This document shows, one piece after another, positions 38,167-51,010 of a stretch of 64,000 nt of DNA. The stretch is from Octopus bimaculoides (Eukaryota): contig NC_068981.1 of NCBI RefSeq assembly GCF_001194135.2, forward strand, positions 191,764,555-191,828,554, given 5' to 3'. The position numbers and the translations under genes are program-made. Below the pieces are notes generated by a model. That model was not told the origin of the DNA. It made no database searches and was given only the letters and a program-made list of their open reading frames with translations. Positions within the stretch are counted from its first letter, which is position 1. Each line of letters begins with the position of its first letter.

Positions 38167-38994
38167 TTAATTATTAATTACTAAGCAAAATAACAGAATT
38201 TTGTTGTTGTCATTGTCATTCCAAATACTACCATAGAAAGTTATTTTGATATTAAATCTGCCTATCCTCTCTGCTTACATAATGGACATGCTGTTTAAAA
38301 AAAAAAAAGGCACTCAGATACATGAAAAGTAAAATCCAATAGAAATATGTTCTCATACATAGTTACATAGCAACTTAATTTCTTTCAGACATAAGTTGGA
38401 AGAAAATACATTCAAATGCTGACCAACAAATGTAGAGAAAAATTTCCTTCAGTTTATTTTTATATTGACTTTTTGGTTTATATTTGGATAAAAACTTTTC
38501 CCAGCTATGTATTGAATAGATAGGGATGTACAATTTTATGTAATCTAGCCTTGTCCATTACTGCAATATCTGGCCTCCTACTTCATTCTGATGTTAAAAA
38601 CCCAAAGAATCCTTGTTTTTAGAATGCATTATTCTGTCAGGCAACAGATATTTGTATTATGAACAACTCATTGTTATGAACAAGTTACACAACTTTAAAA
38701 TGTCCCCTAAGCCAGTTTCATATATTTGCTCATCTTTAAGTGCTATACCTTTATGCTTTTTCATTCAATTTCTATATAATGAGAATTTTTTTCTGTATGG
38801 AACTTTATTTGTTCTGAAATCTTTTAATTAGGCCAGCTGCTGCAAAACTTAATGTTTCAGTCGCAATTCTTTGGTGTGATTTTGTTATCCATAACCATGA
38901 TTTTACATATCTATTACAAATGTTTCATTGAGATGGTTACTCTATTTTTATACACTCCCCCAAAAGATTATCTTTACTAAACATTTTTTTAATC

Positions 38995-39122
38995 ATCATC
39001 ATATGTTTGCTTTCCATGGTGGCATGGGTAGGGCAGTTTGACCAGGAACCAGTAAGCTGCAAGGCTGCATTGAGCCCTAATATAACCTTTGGCATGGTTT
39101 CTACAGCTGGATACCCTTCCTA
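38995..39122 (-). mobile_element. RTE 3' tail fragment (family C)
   Basis: atcatcatc...tttccatggtggcatggg...gtttctacagctggatacccttcct. Confidence 0.75.
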
Positions 39123-40137
39123 AAATTCCAACATGAGTTTTCACTGATAAAATCCATCTCTATTCTGTTTATAAAGATGTTGAATATGCTTGTTATTTAA
39201 GACAGCTGTAAAACAACTACAGTTTAGTATACAGTTGTATTGTTATTCTGTAGTCATTGTGGAGACTGCAACACTATACTTTTGTCTGTAGTCTGTTACA
39301 GGCTGGGAATCATTTACCAAATATGTACTGTTATTCAATATAAAAGTTGTTAAAGTGTTTCTTTCTTCACCCCCCCCCCTCTCTCTTGGTCTTTGACATT
39401 TAATTCTTCTCTCAACTGAATCTTACCTATGTTTGTTACACCATTGTGTACATGTTAATATTGTAGTTCAAATGTGGATTTTCTACAGTTGCATCATATT
39501 TTTATTATAGTCATCATTGAAAAGTAGTTCTTGTTGGACAGAACATTTTCAATTTATTTCATTTACATTAAGCTACATTATATAATGTACAAATTAAAGT
39601 AACAAAATAGTATTAATTGCTTCAGTTAGTTTTTTTTCTCCACCACTTCAAAATACAATTTTCAATTTTCTTTTAAATTGAAAATCATTGCAAATTTTTG
39701 AAATCTCTTTTAGCCATACCATATGAACGTATGAAAACAAAATCCTTTACTATGTAAACTGCCTATTGAAATAACTATTTTCTTATCTGGAAGAGAAAAT
39801 GGATATATTACTATAAAATTTTAAAATAAATGTAGGAAAGTAATGGATTAATAAAAATATGAGTTTTTATTAATGCCTAAAACTTCAGTAAATGGTAGGA
39901 TAAAAGACTATTTTTATTACAGTTGAGCCAGACCTCAAATGTTAATATTTCTTTTAGTTTTTTTCTTATAAATAAAATCATCTTTATGTTATTAAAAAAA
40001 TGATGAAAGCAGGAAAATATATTTTTAACTTTTGCAAAGAATATGTATCTTTCAATTTAAGTATAAGATGTTGTTTGTTTCCAGTTTATGTATATAGTCA
40101 AACAAATCTCAGTTTTACTATTGATCTTTATTTACAG

Positions 40138-40209
40138 CTCGAGACAAAGGACAGATAAGCAGAATTAAAAAGCTGAAGAGAAGAATATCTGCAAGTTTTG
40201 GACGCTTGA
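40138..40209 (+). CDS. CDK14: PFTAIRE/CDK14-like kinase N-terminal exon (RDKGQISRIKKLKRRISASFGRL)
   Basis: Acceptor ctttatttacag| and donor A|gtaagt; 72 nt, phase 1-1, open in only one frame. Peptide resembles the recalled human CDK14 KKLRRTLSESFSRI and fly Eip63E KLKKRLSHSFGRL motifs. Confidence 0.88.
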
Positions 40210-40399
40210 GTAAGTATTGTTTTTATTGTCAAGCAATATCACAATGTAAATACATTTTCTTGTACAATGAAACTAGATAATCTTACTTCTAACATTTCAA
40301 CATTCTGAGGGAAGTTTCTGTGGGCTAGAGTTATCTTGTGTTCATCTCTCCTCTTTTATCATGGTAATTTGATAGAAAACAAAAACAAAAACAAAAGTG

Positions 40400-40738
40400 A
40401 TGCACAGATCAACTTCATGCACTTTGTAAATGGAACAAATGATAGATTCATTGACACCAAACTTGCAGCCCACAGCAGCGAAGCTTACATCTCTACCTTT
40501 TTCTGTAGAGAATACATTTGTCTGGCACTTAGGTATTTTTTTCTGTTCACTAACCACATGTTGATGGGTTCGAGTACATAGACCATGGATATTCATTGCA
40601 TTCTGGGTAGCTGAGCATTGTTGGTGGTTACTGGGGCATGCTTTTCTGATACACACAGAATCTTTGACTGATCACTAACCTGTGGTATCACAGATCAATC
40701 TGTGATAAGTGTAACCTGGTTCACAATCGAGCATACTG
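40400..40738 (-). mobile_element. Tigger/pogo 5' fragment (HTH-psq)
   Basis: Reverse strand EKGRDVSFAAVGCKFGVNESIICSIYK resembles Tigger S.AAVGR.YGVNEST.R.I; Tigger-like end cagtatgctcg and subterminal palindrome tatcacagat-ca-atctgtgata. Confidence 0.6.
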
Positions 40739-40844
40739 TTTTATCTTGGATCATGATTAATAAATTGGTTACATGTTCTATAGTGGTAAATTCCTAGAAA
40801 GCTGTGTTTGTGATATGTTTTCAGTCTCTGGTTCTGATCATCAT

Positions 40845-42000
40845 CATGATCATTGTCGTTTAACGTCCACTTTCCATGCTGGCATGGGTTGAATGGTTCG
40901 ACTGAGAACTGGTATGCCATTAGGCTGTGCTAGACTCCAATCTGATTTGGTAAGGTTTCTACAGCTTGATGTCCTTCCTAACACCAATCACTCCAAGAGT
41001 GTAGTGGGTACGTTTTACGTGCTACCAGCACTGGCACCAGCCATGCTCGCATTGTACTTTTTACTTACTGCTGGCATGGGTGCCAGTCACATGGCACTGG
41101 CATCGGCCACACTCAAATGGTGCATTTTTACATGCCACCAGCACAAGTGCCAGTCAGGTGGTATTGGCATTGGCCACGCTCAAATGGTACTTTTTACATG
41201 CCACCGGCATGGGTGCCAGTCAGGCCATGACTACAATCTCACTCAGTTTAACAAGTCTTCCCAAGCACAGCATATCACCTGACGATTGAAGGGTGCTTTT
41301 AAACGGGCCAGTTAAGCAACACGTGATTTCACTAATCTCACTTGGCTTGCTGGGTCTTCTCAGGCACAGCATATCTCGGTTGCTTGTCATTGCCTCTGTG
41401 AGGCCCAACATTCAAAGGTTGTGCTTCACCGCCTCATCCCATGTCTTCCTGGTTCTACCTCTTCCACAGGTTCCTTCCACTGTTAGGGTGTGACACTTCT
41501 TCATACAGCTGTCCTTATTCATAAGCATTACATGACCATACCAGCACAGCCAGCCGTCTCTCTTGCACACCACATCTAATGCTTCTTATGCCCAACTTTT
41601 CTCTCAGGATGCTTACACTCTGTCGTACATGCATACTGACATTACACATCTAGCAGAGCACACTAGCTTCATTTCTTTCAAGCCTATGCACGTCCTCAGC
41701 AGTCACATCCCATGTTTTACTGCCGTATAACATGGCTGTTCGCACACAGGCGTCATACAGTCTACCTTTCACTTTGCATGAAAGGTAGCAGAATTAGGAA
41801 CTCTCTGAACTTTGCCCGGCCTATTCTTACTCTAACAGCTGTGCTCTCAGAGCATCCACCCCTGCTTCTGACTTGGTCACCTAGGTAACGGAAGCTATCA
41901 ATTACTTCTAGTTTTTCCGCCTGGCATTCTACATATTTTATTATATTGTGTTGATGGTTGACAACTCTTTCAAAAATGATTGGGATGGACTCATATAACA
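40845..42000 (-). mobile_element. 5'-truncated RTE LINE (ORF2 C-terminus, 3' UTR with tandem units, tail)
   Basis: Reverse strand LEVIDSFRYLGDQVRSRGGCSES..RVRIGRAKFRE and EGTCGRGRTRKTWDE, contiguous with the family C UTR. Confidence 0.92.
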
Positions 42001-43579
42001 CTGGAGTCTCTTCTGTTGGATATTAAAAAGAAATACTTTTGCTACTGGATAACTCTGATTGGCCTCTATTTTGCCACTTTTAAAATACGAAGTAGTCGTG
42101 TATTATATATTAAGATCTGTATTAATTAAGACATTACTAACTTTTAATTTATCCATTGGCATAACATCAGTGTGTGTGCATTCACATAAAATTATGTCAT
42201 TAGCAGTTATGCAATTTACATAAATGTTTTCCATATTAATTAGCTTAGTTTTGCTCAACCTTTTTTAGAAATATTTGGGCTGTTCATAGTCAGCATATCA
42301 ACATTATTCAGAATAACTTAACAAAAAAATTTATTTAGCATTAAGTTGCTTATGTTGTAAGACCATATAAGGTTTTCCTGTTACTTGTATTTTCAGCACT
42401 TACATATTTAAAGCAACAAAGCATTTCTCTTTCTTCTTTTCCTTTTTTTTCTTTTGCTTTAATTTTTAAATGGTCTATTAAAAAATAACTTACGAAAATT
42501 AGACGAGCAAAAGCAAAAATACTAATTAATGGAAATTAAATAGCACTGTACTATAAGATTCCATACTTCAGCAACTACACACCTGTTCTCTATGCATCAC
42601 TGATGACATTAACCTGCATCTGAAATAGATTAACAAGACCTAGTTGATTCAGAGACGGCCATTATTTACTTTTGTACTGTGTACATCCTGAACAAATTAA
42701 TGATTAGACAGCTTCTGAAGCCAACACTATACTTAATACCCTTGATACTTTGTTTTATTGCTTATCTATTTTATCTGTGCTATCTACTCTATCTCTGTAA
42801 TTAACTCTTAAGCACTATCAAGGCAAATTGCAATGTATCTATTACACAACTGAAAACAGCCAAAATAGAATTTTATTTCCTAAAATTACAATATATTTTT
42901 CCATAAATTTCAGAAATGGTCCTTCAATAAAAGACTTTCTTAGTTGTTATCCTTGCATAATTGATTATTTATAATTGACTGGATTATAATCAATATCTTT
43001 ATATTACTAAACCTATGTAAGACAAGATCTGTCTGTTTTAATGGTACCCTCACTTAATATAGAAACAATGAGCTAACCTCCATGTAGTTACTTGATTTGC
43101 TAGAAATGGTAAACAAATTATCCCCAAATCATATCCTACCTATATTAAGGAAAAGATACATTAGACGATGTTCTAGATAACCTTAAAATGATTAGATGGC
43201 CACTGTTAGAATGTCTTTGATTATAAATCTCTTCAGTCAATGTTTAGGTTGGTTAAATAACAACGGGAATATTTAACATCATCATCACTTAACATCCATG
43301 TTCTGTGTTGGCATGGGTTGTACAACTAGTATAGGTTAAACAAAATATATTACTTACTACAGATTGATAGTTCTTGGGGCCAGAAGAGATTTTGGGATTT
43401 GGCATTTCTTTTGAATTTTGAATGACCATATATTCCCATCTGCAAAATGCTCTAGGCAATGTTTATTTCTCATTTACTTCTGTCCATCATTTTCAGCTTA
43501 GAACTTTGAACAGTTTTTTTTTTCTTAAATTTCTTATGGTCAAATATGTTTTGTTATGTCTTTTTTTCTTTGTTTCACT

Positions 43580-43910
43580 CATTAGACTGTGGCCATACTG
43601 GGGCACTTCCTTGAAAAACGAATTGACCCTAGTTCTTTGTTGTTTTTTTTTAAAGCCTGGTACTTATTCTTTTGGTCTCTTTTGCTGAGCCACTAAGTTA
43701 TGGGCATGTAAATACATCAAGACAGTTGTCAAACACACACGCACACATACACACACACACATGATGGGCTTTTTTCAGTTTCTGTCTACCAAATCCATTC
43801 ACAAGGCTTTGGTTGGCCTGAGGCTATAGTAAAAGACACTTGCCAAAGGGACCATGTAGTGGGACTGAACCTAGAATCATGTGGTTGAGAAGCAAACTTA
43901 TCACACAACT
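43580..43910 (-). mobile_element. SINE family B1
   Basis: ccatactggggcacttcc...(CA)n...ctaccaaatccattcacaaggctttgg...catgtggttgagaagcaaactt. Confidence 0.85.
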
Positions 43911-44050
43911 ACAGGTTGTTCCAGTACCAAACTCTCTAGATGCTTCACACTCCTGTTGTAAAGTTTCCTCAACAACTTAATTTTGTGTGCTATTGATAAA
44001 CATAAATACTTCAATGTTATATTTCGGGATGGTTTTATTTCTTTGCCAAT

Positions 44051-44103
<53 letters not shown>

Positions 44104-44113
44104 NNNNNNNNNN
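44104..44113. other. assembly gap (10 N) inside a (CA)n tract
   Basis: N run; aataaac(CA)n occurs on both sides. Confidence 0.98.
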
Positions 44114-44116
44114 AAT

Positions 44117-44175
<59 letters not shown>

Positions 44176-44694
44176 CAATATATATATACTCGTTCTTCAT
44201 TTTGGCTTTTTTATTGTTCTCATTTTAATGTCCTTTGTCTGAAGTCTGTCATCACGCATCCTGTGACCTCTTCCATGACTCCCATGTGTCTCCTCCTGTC
44301 CTGTTCAGTACATGACCATCCCAAAATATAACAATATCTGTTTCAACATACAATTTCATATCAGGTATCTTGCAAAAACAAATACATAAACATAACTTCC
44401 TTTGTCACTTTCTACTATAACCCAGGCCTTTTTCAACAAAGGGGAGAGATACATATGTGGTTTCCCTTGTTTCTATATGATGCATTAATTGTAAAGAAAT
44501 GTCACCATCCTTTTCGGTGGGGAATTTTGTGATCTTGATAATTTGTATGCTATGGAAACTGAGTCATAGGATTTAAGACAGTAATATACTGGGGTTGATG
44601 ATGATGATAATGAATACAAGTATATACATATCAAATTGTCAATAAATTCATTTCTGTTTGTTGTATTTTTACCAACTGATTTGTGTTTGGGCAA

Positions 44695-44850
44695 AAGCAC
44701 CCAGTATACTCTGTAAAGTGGTTGACATTAAGAAGGGCATTCAACTATAGAAAACATACAAAACAGTTGGTGTCTGGTGCAGCTCTCCTGTCAAACCATC
44801 CAACCCATGCCAGCATGAAAAACGGACATTAAATGATGATGATGATGATA
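44695..44850 (+). mobile_element. RTE 3' tail (family C)
   Basis: gtggttgacattaagaagggc...ccaacccatgccagcatgaaaaacggacattaaatgatgatgat. Confidence 0.85.
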
Positions 44851-45699
44851 ACCATGTACCACCAGAAAAGCTGGTGACTCTTCAGAAACTGCAGTGTTCC
44901 CTAAATGTCCAAATTTATAACTTGGTCCCTACAAATGTATTCTGACACATTCTCCTGTAACCTCTGAGAATCACTGGTATGGTCCCAAGACCAACCACCT
45001 ACTGAAGTGTGATCACTACCACCACCACCACCACTTACATTTTCTTACACTCTTCCACTTTATTCATTATTGAAGTCATTGTTTCAAATTATATCTTTGT
45101 TATTTCATTTTCTGATTTAACTTTTTACAAATGATTTTAATTTATTGAATTGAATATTTGCAAACATTTTATACTTCAATAGTCAAAAGTATGAAAGCTA
45201 ATGAATTATGTCTTTTAGATTTGTCAAACATTATGAAATGATTTTACATTAGAGGCAATAATTTTATTACATTTTCTGTAATTTCAAATTTTCTGTTTTT
45301 CTTTTCTACATTGTCACTTATAAAAAGTTAATAAGAAGATAATAAAAGAGTCATTTAACATATTAAAAATCTAATGAAAACTTAATTAAGCAATCTAAGT
45401 TGTCTAATTTATGGTTTTACTCATTGATATTTATAATACCTAGTTTTGTATATTTCTTCATACAGTTAACTTGATTCACCTTCAAGCAGCAACAAATTAG
45501 CTTTAGGTGAAGTTTGAAAGCAATCAGAAAGGGAACAGGGTCAAATCTAAGAGGATAATGACCAAGTTGGTGCTTCCAGAGCATAGTAGCAAGAAGAAAT
45601 GATGTTATTCAGTATACAGGTAGAGAATAGGCACAATGACAGTATTAGGTATTGACTACAGATCAGCTCTTCATTACATCTTTATTACATCTGTTGTCA

Positions 45700-46000
45700 T
45701 TTATTCCATCACTGTGTGTCCCGATCCTTGGCCTATCACTTGGTGTCTCTGAGCTAATAAAGACAGTAGTAAGTTGCTGCTTCTTTTATCAATATATATT
45801 TTCCTTACCTCTCCAGTATACTCTTTATGGAACCAGATCCACCTGAAACCTGCTTTCTTTACATAATACATTGGTGGTTCTCATTCTTGAGATACTTTCC
45901 ATTGCTTTTGGTATCAGCAATCCCATGGTAATCTTATAAAGTTCCATCACCTCTTGGAGTTCTTTAGGCCTGTCGGACTACTCCATCATTGCACGTCATT
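45700..46000 (-). mobile_element. LINE AP-endonuclease N-terminal relic
   Basis: Reverse strand with frameshifts: TCND...KELQEVMELYKIT.GIADTKSNGK, resembling TWNV...YKI.ILG.SET.W.G.G. Confidence 0.45.
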
Positions 46001-46729
46001 AAAGCTCTCTCTTCCATTCTTTCAACTCTAGTGTACTTCAGAGTTTCAGTTATGGCTTCCTCTCTTTCATTTGCATCTTCACAAAATAGTTACTGTTAAC
46101 TGAACCAACAAAAAACCCATTATGTAATCGCCCAAATTACTAGATATAGCACCTAAATTCCCCTCTAATCACACCCTACCATTTTTTAAAAAAATGAAAC
46201 ATATATTGGATAATATAGTCTTGGGTATATATATGTCTGATTTGAAAAATAAAAAAAAATTAGGATTACAGTTTTGTTGAAACATGTTTAATCTAGGGCT
46301 AAACAATAACTTATTTTTGCCTCTAATTACACATATTCCTCATTTCCTTATTGAGATAATTCCATTCTTTATTCTTCCTTTACCTTCTGTATGCAAGCTT
46401 CATCTAGATTCCTGTTGCCAGTCATGAACAGCTTCTGTGAATAGAGACCTAGGCAATATTTTATATAGTGAAGTTAGTCGTTTTCAATGGCATCAAAACA
46501 ATTACTACGCACAGCAATGAGATATAATTTAAAATCAAACTTTTGACAAAGGCTTACTTTGTGATATATGCGATGACCTTGTATAGTGGCTACCCAAAGC
46601 AGAAAGACTGCATTCTTAAACTTGGGTTTCTTCAATGTCCAAATTTGCCTCAGTTTGCATAGATACTGATAATCTCCACAGTACAAGTGCATCACATTTG
46701 GAGTACCACTGACCTCTCAGTCAAACATT

Positions 46730-47050
46730 TTAGCATCCACTGGCTAGGCCATCTGTTTGATAGGAAATCTTTCATGTAGCCTATTGATGTACCCTTCTTT
46801 TTTTTCTTTTTTTGGCTCTCTCTATTTCTACAGTTTCTTCTCTGAAGCCTATCTATACTCAATCAATTTAACTGTTCTCTCAACACCCTTCCTATGTCCT
46901 ACTCTACAAACCCAGTATTAAACTTGTTTCCCAATCCTTTCTTCCCGACATGCAACCCTCAGGAGTTCCTTCCCTATTCACACCTCCTACAAATATCACC
47001 CTAGCGCAATTCAAGTGGGACATCTGCTGTAATGACATCAATAGTCTTGG
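46730..47050 (-). mobile_element. RTE-like ORF2 C-terminal relic
   Basis: Reverse strand QMSHLNCARV...VEIERAKKR...IGYMKDFLSNR, a decayed EM..LR...EG.R.RGRP..RW motif. Confidence 0.45.
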
Positions 47051-47171
47051 AAAGGAAGGGGGTCTTACTGTCACTTCAGAATAAACTAAAAAAAAAACAA
47101 ACAAAACAGGAAAAGAATAGTGTGCATGGACTGTTCTGGTGATATATTGGAAATAGTAATTACATTTTACT

Positions 47172-47390
47172 CTAAACCTTTTCTTACTATATTCCTGTTG
47201 AAATGCTCTGTTATTGTTCCTGTTAACTTTGAAACAAATGCAGAATTTAATAAAAATAACATTGTCGTTATTAAGCTGGTGCATAAATTAACATGAAGTT
47301 TTGATGAAGATTTTAATTTAGATCACATTAAAACAGGAAGTTTGTAAATAGAACCAGAAGTGGTCATGGGTGGGTTTATATTAAAAGGAG
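47172..47390 (+). mobile_element. piggyBac-type MITE E2
   Basis: Shares ctgttgaaat...gaatttaataaaaataac...aaattaacatgaa...tagaaccaga with 56859-56999 and 61111-61550. Confidence 0.7.
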
Positions 47391-48034
47391 CAATGCAAAT
47401 GTGTTTGGTGTGTGAAGATGAAGGAAGAAATGCAGTGTGCTCTTACAGCAAAGGGTTTCTGTTTAGATCAAGGAGTAGATTGTGATATGCATGTTCCATT
47501 AATGTAATTTCTACTTGTAAAACAATTAGTGATGGGCTTGCAGTGATTAGAGTGTTACATTTTACATTCAATCTGTTGCAATGTACAATAATGAACTTGA
47601 CAAAGAAGTTGACAGGCAAGGAAATAAAGGAAGTGATTACAGGATGGATGGATGGATGTGCTGGAAGGTCATGTAATGTAACTGATTATTTACTGTGGAA
47701 AATAAACGAGGAGTTTGTCATCATGGCAAAAATTAGGATGAGTTGGTTAATACTAGAGGATGTATGACTTTGCAGAAAGGATGACCATAGTGAATTCAGT
47801 GAAATATGCCATTGTGCAAAGATATCAAATCCCTTCAAAATTTTCATATTCCATACAAATGTTTGCTCTTATAAACTGACAATCACATAGTATGTATTCA
47901 CATAATTTCACATAAACTATGAATCTTAAAGGCTGATTTTCTTTTCCAAAGATATAAATATGCTCTATGCCATATTAATATAGTAACATACTTAGATGAT
48001 GGAGCTATTACAAAGTTAAACATTTGAACTAAAA

Positions 48035-48420
48035 TATAGCCTGGTATGGCTGTATAGTTAAAAGGCTTGATTCCCAACCACATGGACTCAGGTTCAGTCC
48101 TGCTGTGCAGTATCTTGGGCAAGTATCTTCTACTATAGCCCCCAGGCTGACCAAAGCCTTTTGAGTGGATTTGGTGGATGGAAAATGAAAGAAGTTCATT
48201 ACATGTACGTGTGCCCTTGTCTTGGCATCATGTAATGGTTGTAAATGAGCATCACTGTTATACAAGCAATGTTGTTTGTTTCCAGTCTTCTATGGATCAC
48301 CTTGCTTGGGAACAGGTGATAGTTGGTTACAGAAATGACATCCAGCCATAGAAAATCTGCCTCAACAAATTCTGTCTGACCCATGCCAGCAAAGAAAAGT
48401 GGATGTAAAATAGTAATAAT
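48035..48420 (+). mobile_element. SINE family B2
   Basis: ggtatggctgtatagttaaaaggcttgattcccaaccacatgg... tail gacccatgccagcaaagaaaagtggatgtaaaat. Confidence 0.85.
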
Positions 48421-49008
48421 AATGGTTATGATGGTGACTTCATTGACAAGTTTTTATTGGCAACACTTCACAACCACTTGCTTACATTGAACTCTGCCTG
48501 CTCTTTCTGTTTTCTTCCATTTCTATTTAGTTTTTGGTGTTCTTAACTTGACAGACTCTAAAGCCCCTTGTCTCATCACCTTTTTCATCCAATTCTCTTG
48601 CCACACTCGCTACTCTCCCCAAGATCTCTTTACTCCTAGAAAGATATCTCTCTTGTTGCTTTTTTGTTTTTGTTTTTTTTTTTTGTTTTGTAAACTTCAT
48701 TCACTAAACTACATACAATGAAACTAATAACTAAATAAATGAAATAAGCACCTATTTCTCAGCTTTGTGGGGACTGAAAATTCTCTCGTCGGAAGCTTTT
48801 GCATATTTGCTTGATATGCTGGAAATAGCCTTCTATTCCCTATTTATCGAATCACTTTATCTTATCTTTAAAAAAATTTAGACATGCTGGATGATGCAGT
48901 TTGAGATGAACTATCTGTAAAGATAGAGATGGTCATGATTAGAATGCCTTTTATCATAGGTCTGTTCATTCACATTTGACCTTGGGCTAAAACAGCTACA
49001 ACTTCTAA

Positions 49009-49532
49009 TCTTCTTAATATAAATTCGAGTGATGTTTCTCTGTCCGTTATGTTTTTATGTTTGTTAACTCCTCCTAGACTGTTGGTGCAAGGATAACGAA
49101 ACTCAAACCAGCAACTCCCTTAATCCCAGGGAATGTCTTAAGGGGTGGGGGTGGGGTCTATTTTTTTAAGGGCTACCTAGTTGGTGTCCCAATGACCTCA
49201 CTATTTTTACTGCATTTTAAACTAAATACATGGCATTGGCGGCCAAGTTGGAGCAATGACAATGAATTTCATACCATGAACTCCCAGGGAGTATCGTAAG
49301 GAGGTTCAGTTTCTGGAGGGCCGCTTAAATGGGTCCCCACTGAGCCCCCTATTTTTACTGTATTTACCTCACTCCTACGCTTATTGATTAAACTATGATC
49401 AGTATCAGTGCTTAGCACATTAGCAGAAATAAGTTTCACTACACAAAGGTAGAGGGCTGCAAAGCAGTCCGATAAAGGTGCCCTCTGCAGGAGCTAGCCT
49501 GAATGCCATCCGAAGGACAACTTCAAGGCTAG
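49009..49532 (+). mobile_element. non-autonomous Helitron
   Basis: A|TC...CTAG|T termini, no TSD, 5' tcttcttaatataaattcgagtgatgtttctctgtccg, and a subterminal hairpin remnant gccatcc-gaa-ggacaac (49505-49521). Confidence 0.75.
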
Positions 49533-49984
49533 TAAAAATAAAACAACAAGTTGTTTTTGTCATTAAGAGCAGACATTAGCATTTTTATCAAATGTTATGA
49601 TAGTTAATTCTCTTTCTCAATTATTCGTCAGATAATTTTCTTTCTCAAATTATTTTTCTACTATCGGGCTAAATTACTGAGGTCACATGTAATTATACAC
49701 AGCTGGGAAACTAGGTTGCCTGTTTCTGTTCTCATTTTATATATCTTTGTACATCTTACTAGTCTTTAAATTGTAACTTTTGTAAAAGATATGAAAAGCA
49801 TTTAAAAAGGTAAATTAATGATTGTTCAATGATATTTGAAATTATTCCCCTACTCTGCACTGAGGTAAGGCTATAACTAAATACTGAAAGAAAAAAAAAT
49901 AATATAGTAAATTATTTGTAAATATTTTAAAATCTGGTTTGCCTTTGCTATTAATAGTGTCATTTCGTAATTAATTCAATGCCA

Positions 49985-50164
49985 TCATCATTTAATGTCC
50001 ACTTTTCAATGTTTGCATTGGATCAGATGGAATTTGTTGAGACAGATTTTCTTTGTCCAGATACTCTTCTTATTGCCAACCCTCACCTGTTTCCAAACAA
50101 GGCAATATTTCCTTGCATGTTTTTTGCAGAGGACTGGAATCAAAGTGGTGCATGATGTTAAAAC

Positions 50165-50206
<42 letters not shown>

Positions 50207-50356
50207 ATGGTTTCTTTCAGTTTCTGTTTACCAAATCCACTCACAAGGCTTTGATCAGCCTGGGGCTATAGTAGAAGACACTTGCCCAATGCGCTGTACA
50301 GTGGAACTGAACCAGAACCATATGGTTTAGAAACAAACTTCTTACCACACAGCCAC
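49985..50356 (-). mobile_element. SINE family B2, full length
   Basis: catcatcatttaatgtccacttttc...(CA)n...ccaaatccactcacaaggctttgatcagcc...cttcttaccacacagccac. Confidence 0.9.
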
Positions 50357-50969
50357 AAGAATTGATAAATGTAATAGGATTTAGGATTTAGTGAGGTAAG
50401 ATGTTGATTGTAGTTCGTTTATTTCACATAGCGTATTATTTCTCCTGAGTTATGTCACATCTTGTTTCTTGTACTTATGTAGAAATTTAATACTATTCAC
50501 ACTTTTCTACATCTAAAGAATAATTTTGAAAAAAAAGAAATTCATTCATCTTGCCAAATTAATTTGTTTTCTGGAAGAGTTCAATAAATTCAAATTACTT
50601 TTGTATTAAAAAACCCCCAGTTCTTTAAATATTGTAATTAATTTTTTTTCACTTCTTAAGATTCAGAGGTAGATAAAGCTCATTTGATTTCAAAAGTCAA
50701 TTAAAATGTAAATCTTCAGAATTCTCATTAGAGATTTGAATTTTTTCTTGATAATGATGGTGGGATTTGTGCAGGGTATAAAATAGAAAGATTTTTTGCT
50801 AACACAAACACACACACTATATAAATAACCTGGTATATAGATATACACAACACACTCATTTAAGAATTAATACAAAATTGCATTCAGCTGTAAATTGACC
50901 ATCTAAGTTCAGTAGCTGAAGTAATTATATTCCTTAATTAATTATATTTCTTTTTTATTTTATTTTCAG

Positions 50970-51010
50970 CTATTAGTAAAGAAGAAACTATTCATGAAAG
51001 TGATCATGAG
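50970..51010 (+). CDS. CDK14: next CDK14-like exon (T-ISKEETIHESDHE)
   Basis: Strong acceptor tttcttttttattttattttcag| and donor GAG|gtattt; 41 nt, phase 1 to 0; continues SFGRL-TISKEE (compare recalled GRLTISRED of Eip63E and RIALKKDD of CDK14). Confidence 0.85.

Noticed and set aside
42595-42640. ctgatga...gaaatag, a possible third hammerhead
   Set aside because: No stem II or III pairing and no NUH triplet in register; at best a dead Penelope-type remnant.
44049-44170. Apparent tandem duplication aataaac(CA)n
   Set aside because: Straddles a 10-N gap; most likely a contig-overlap artefact.
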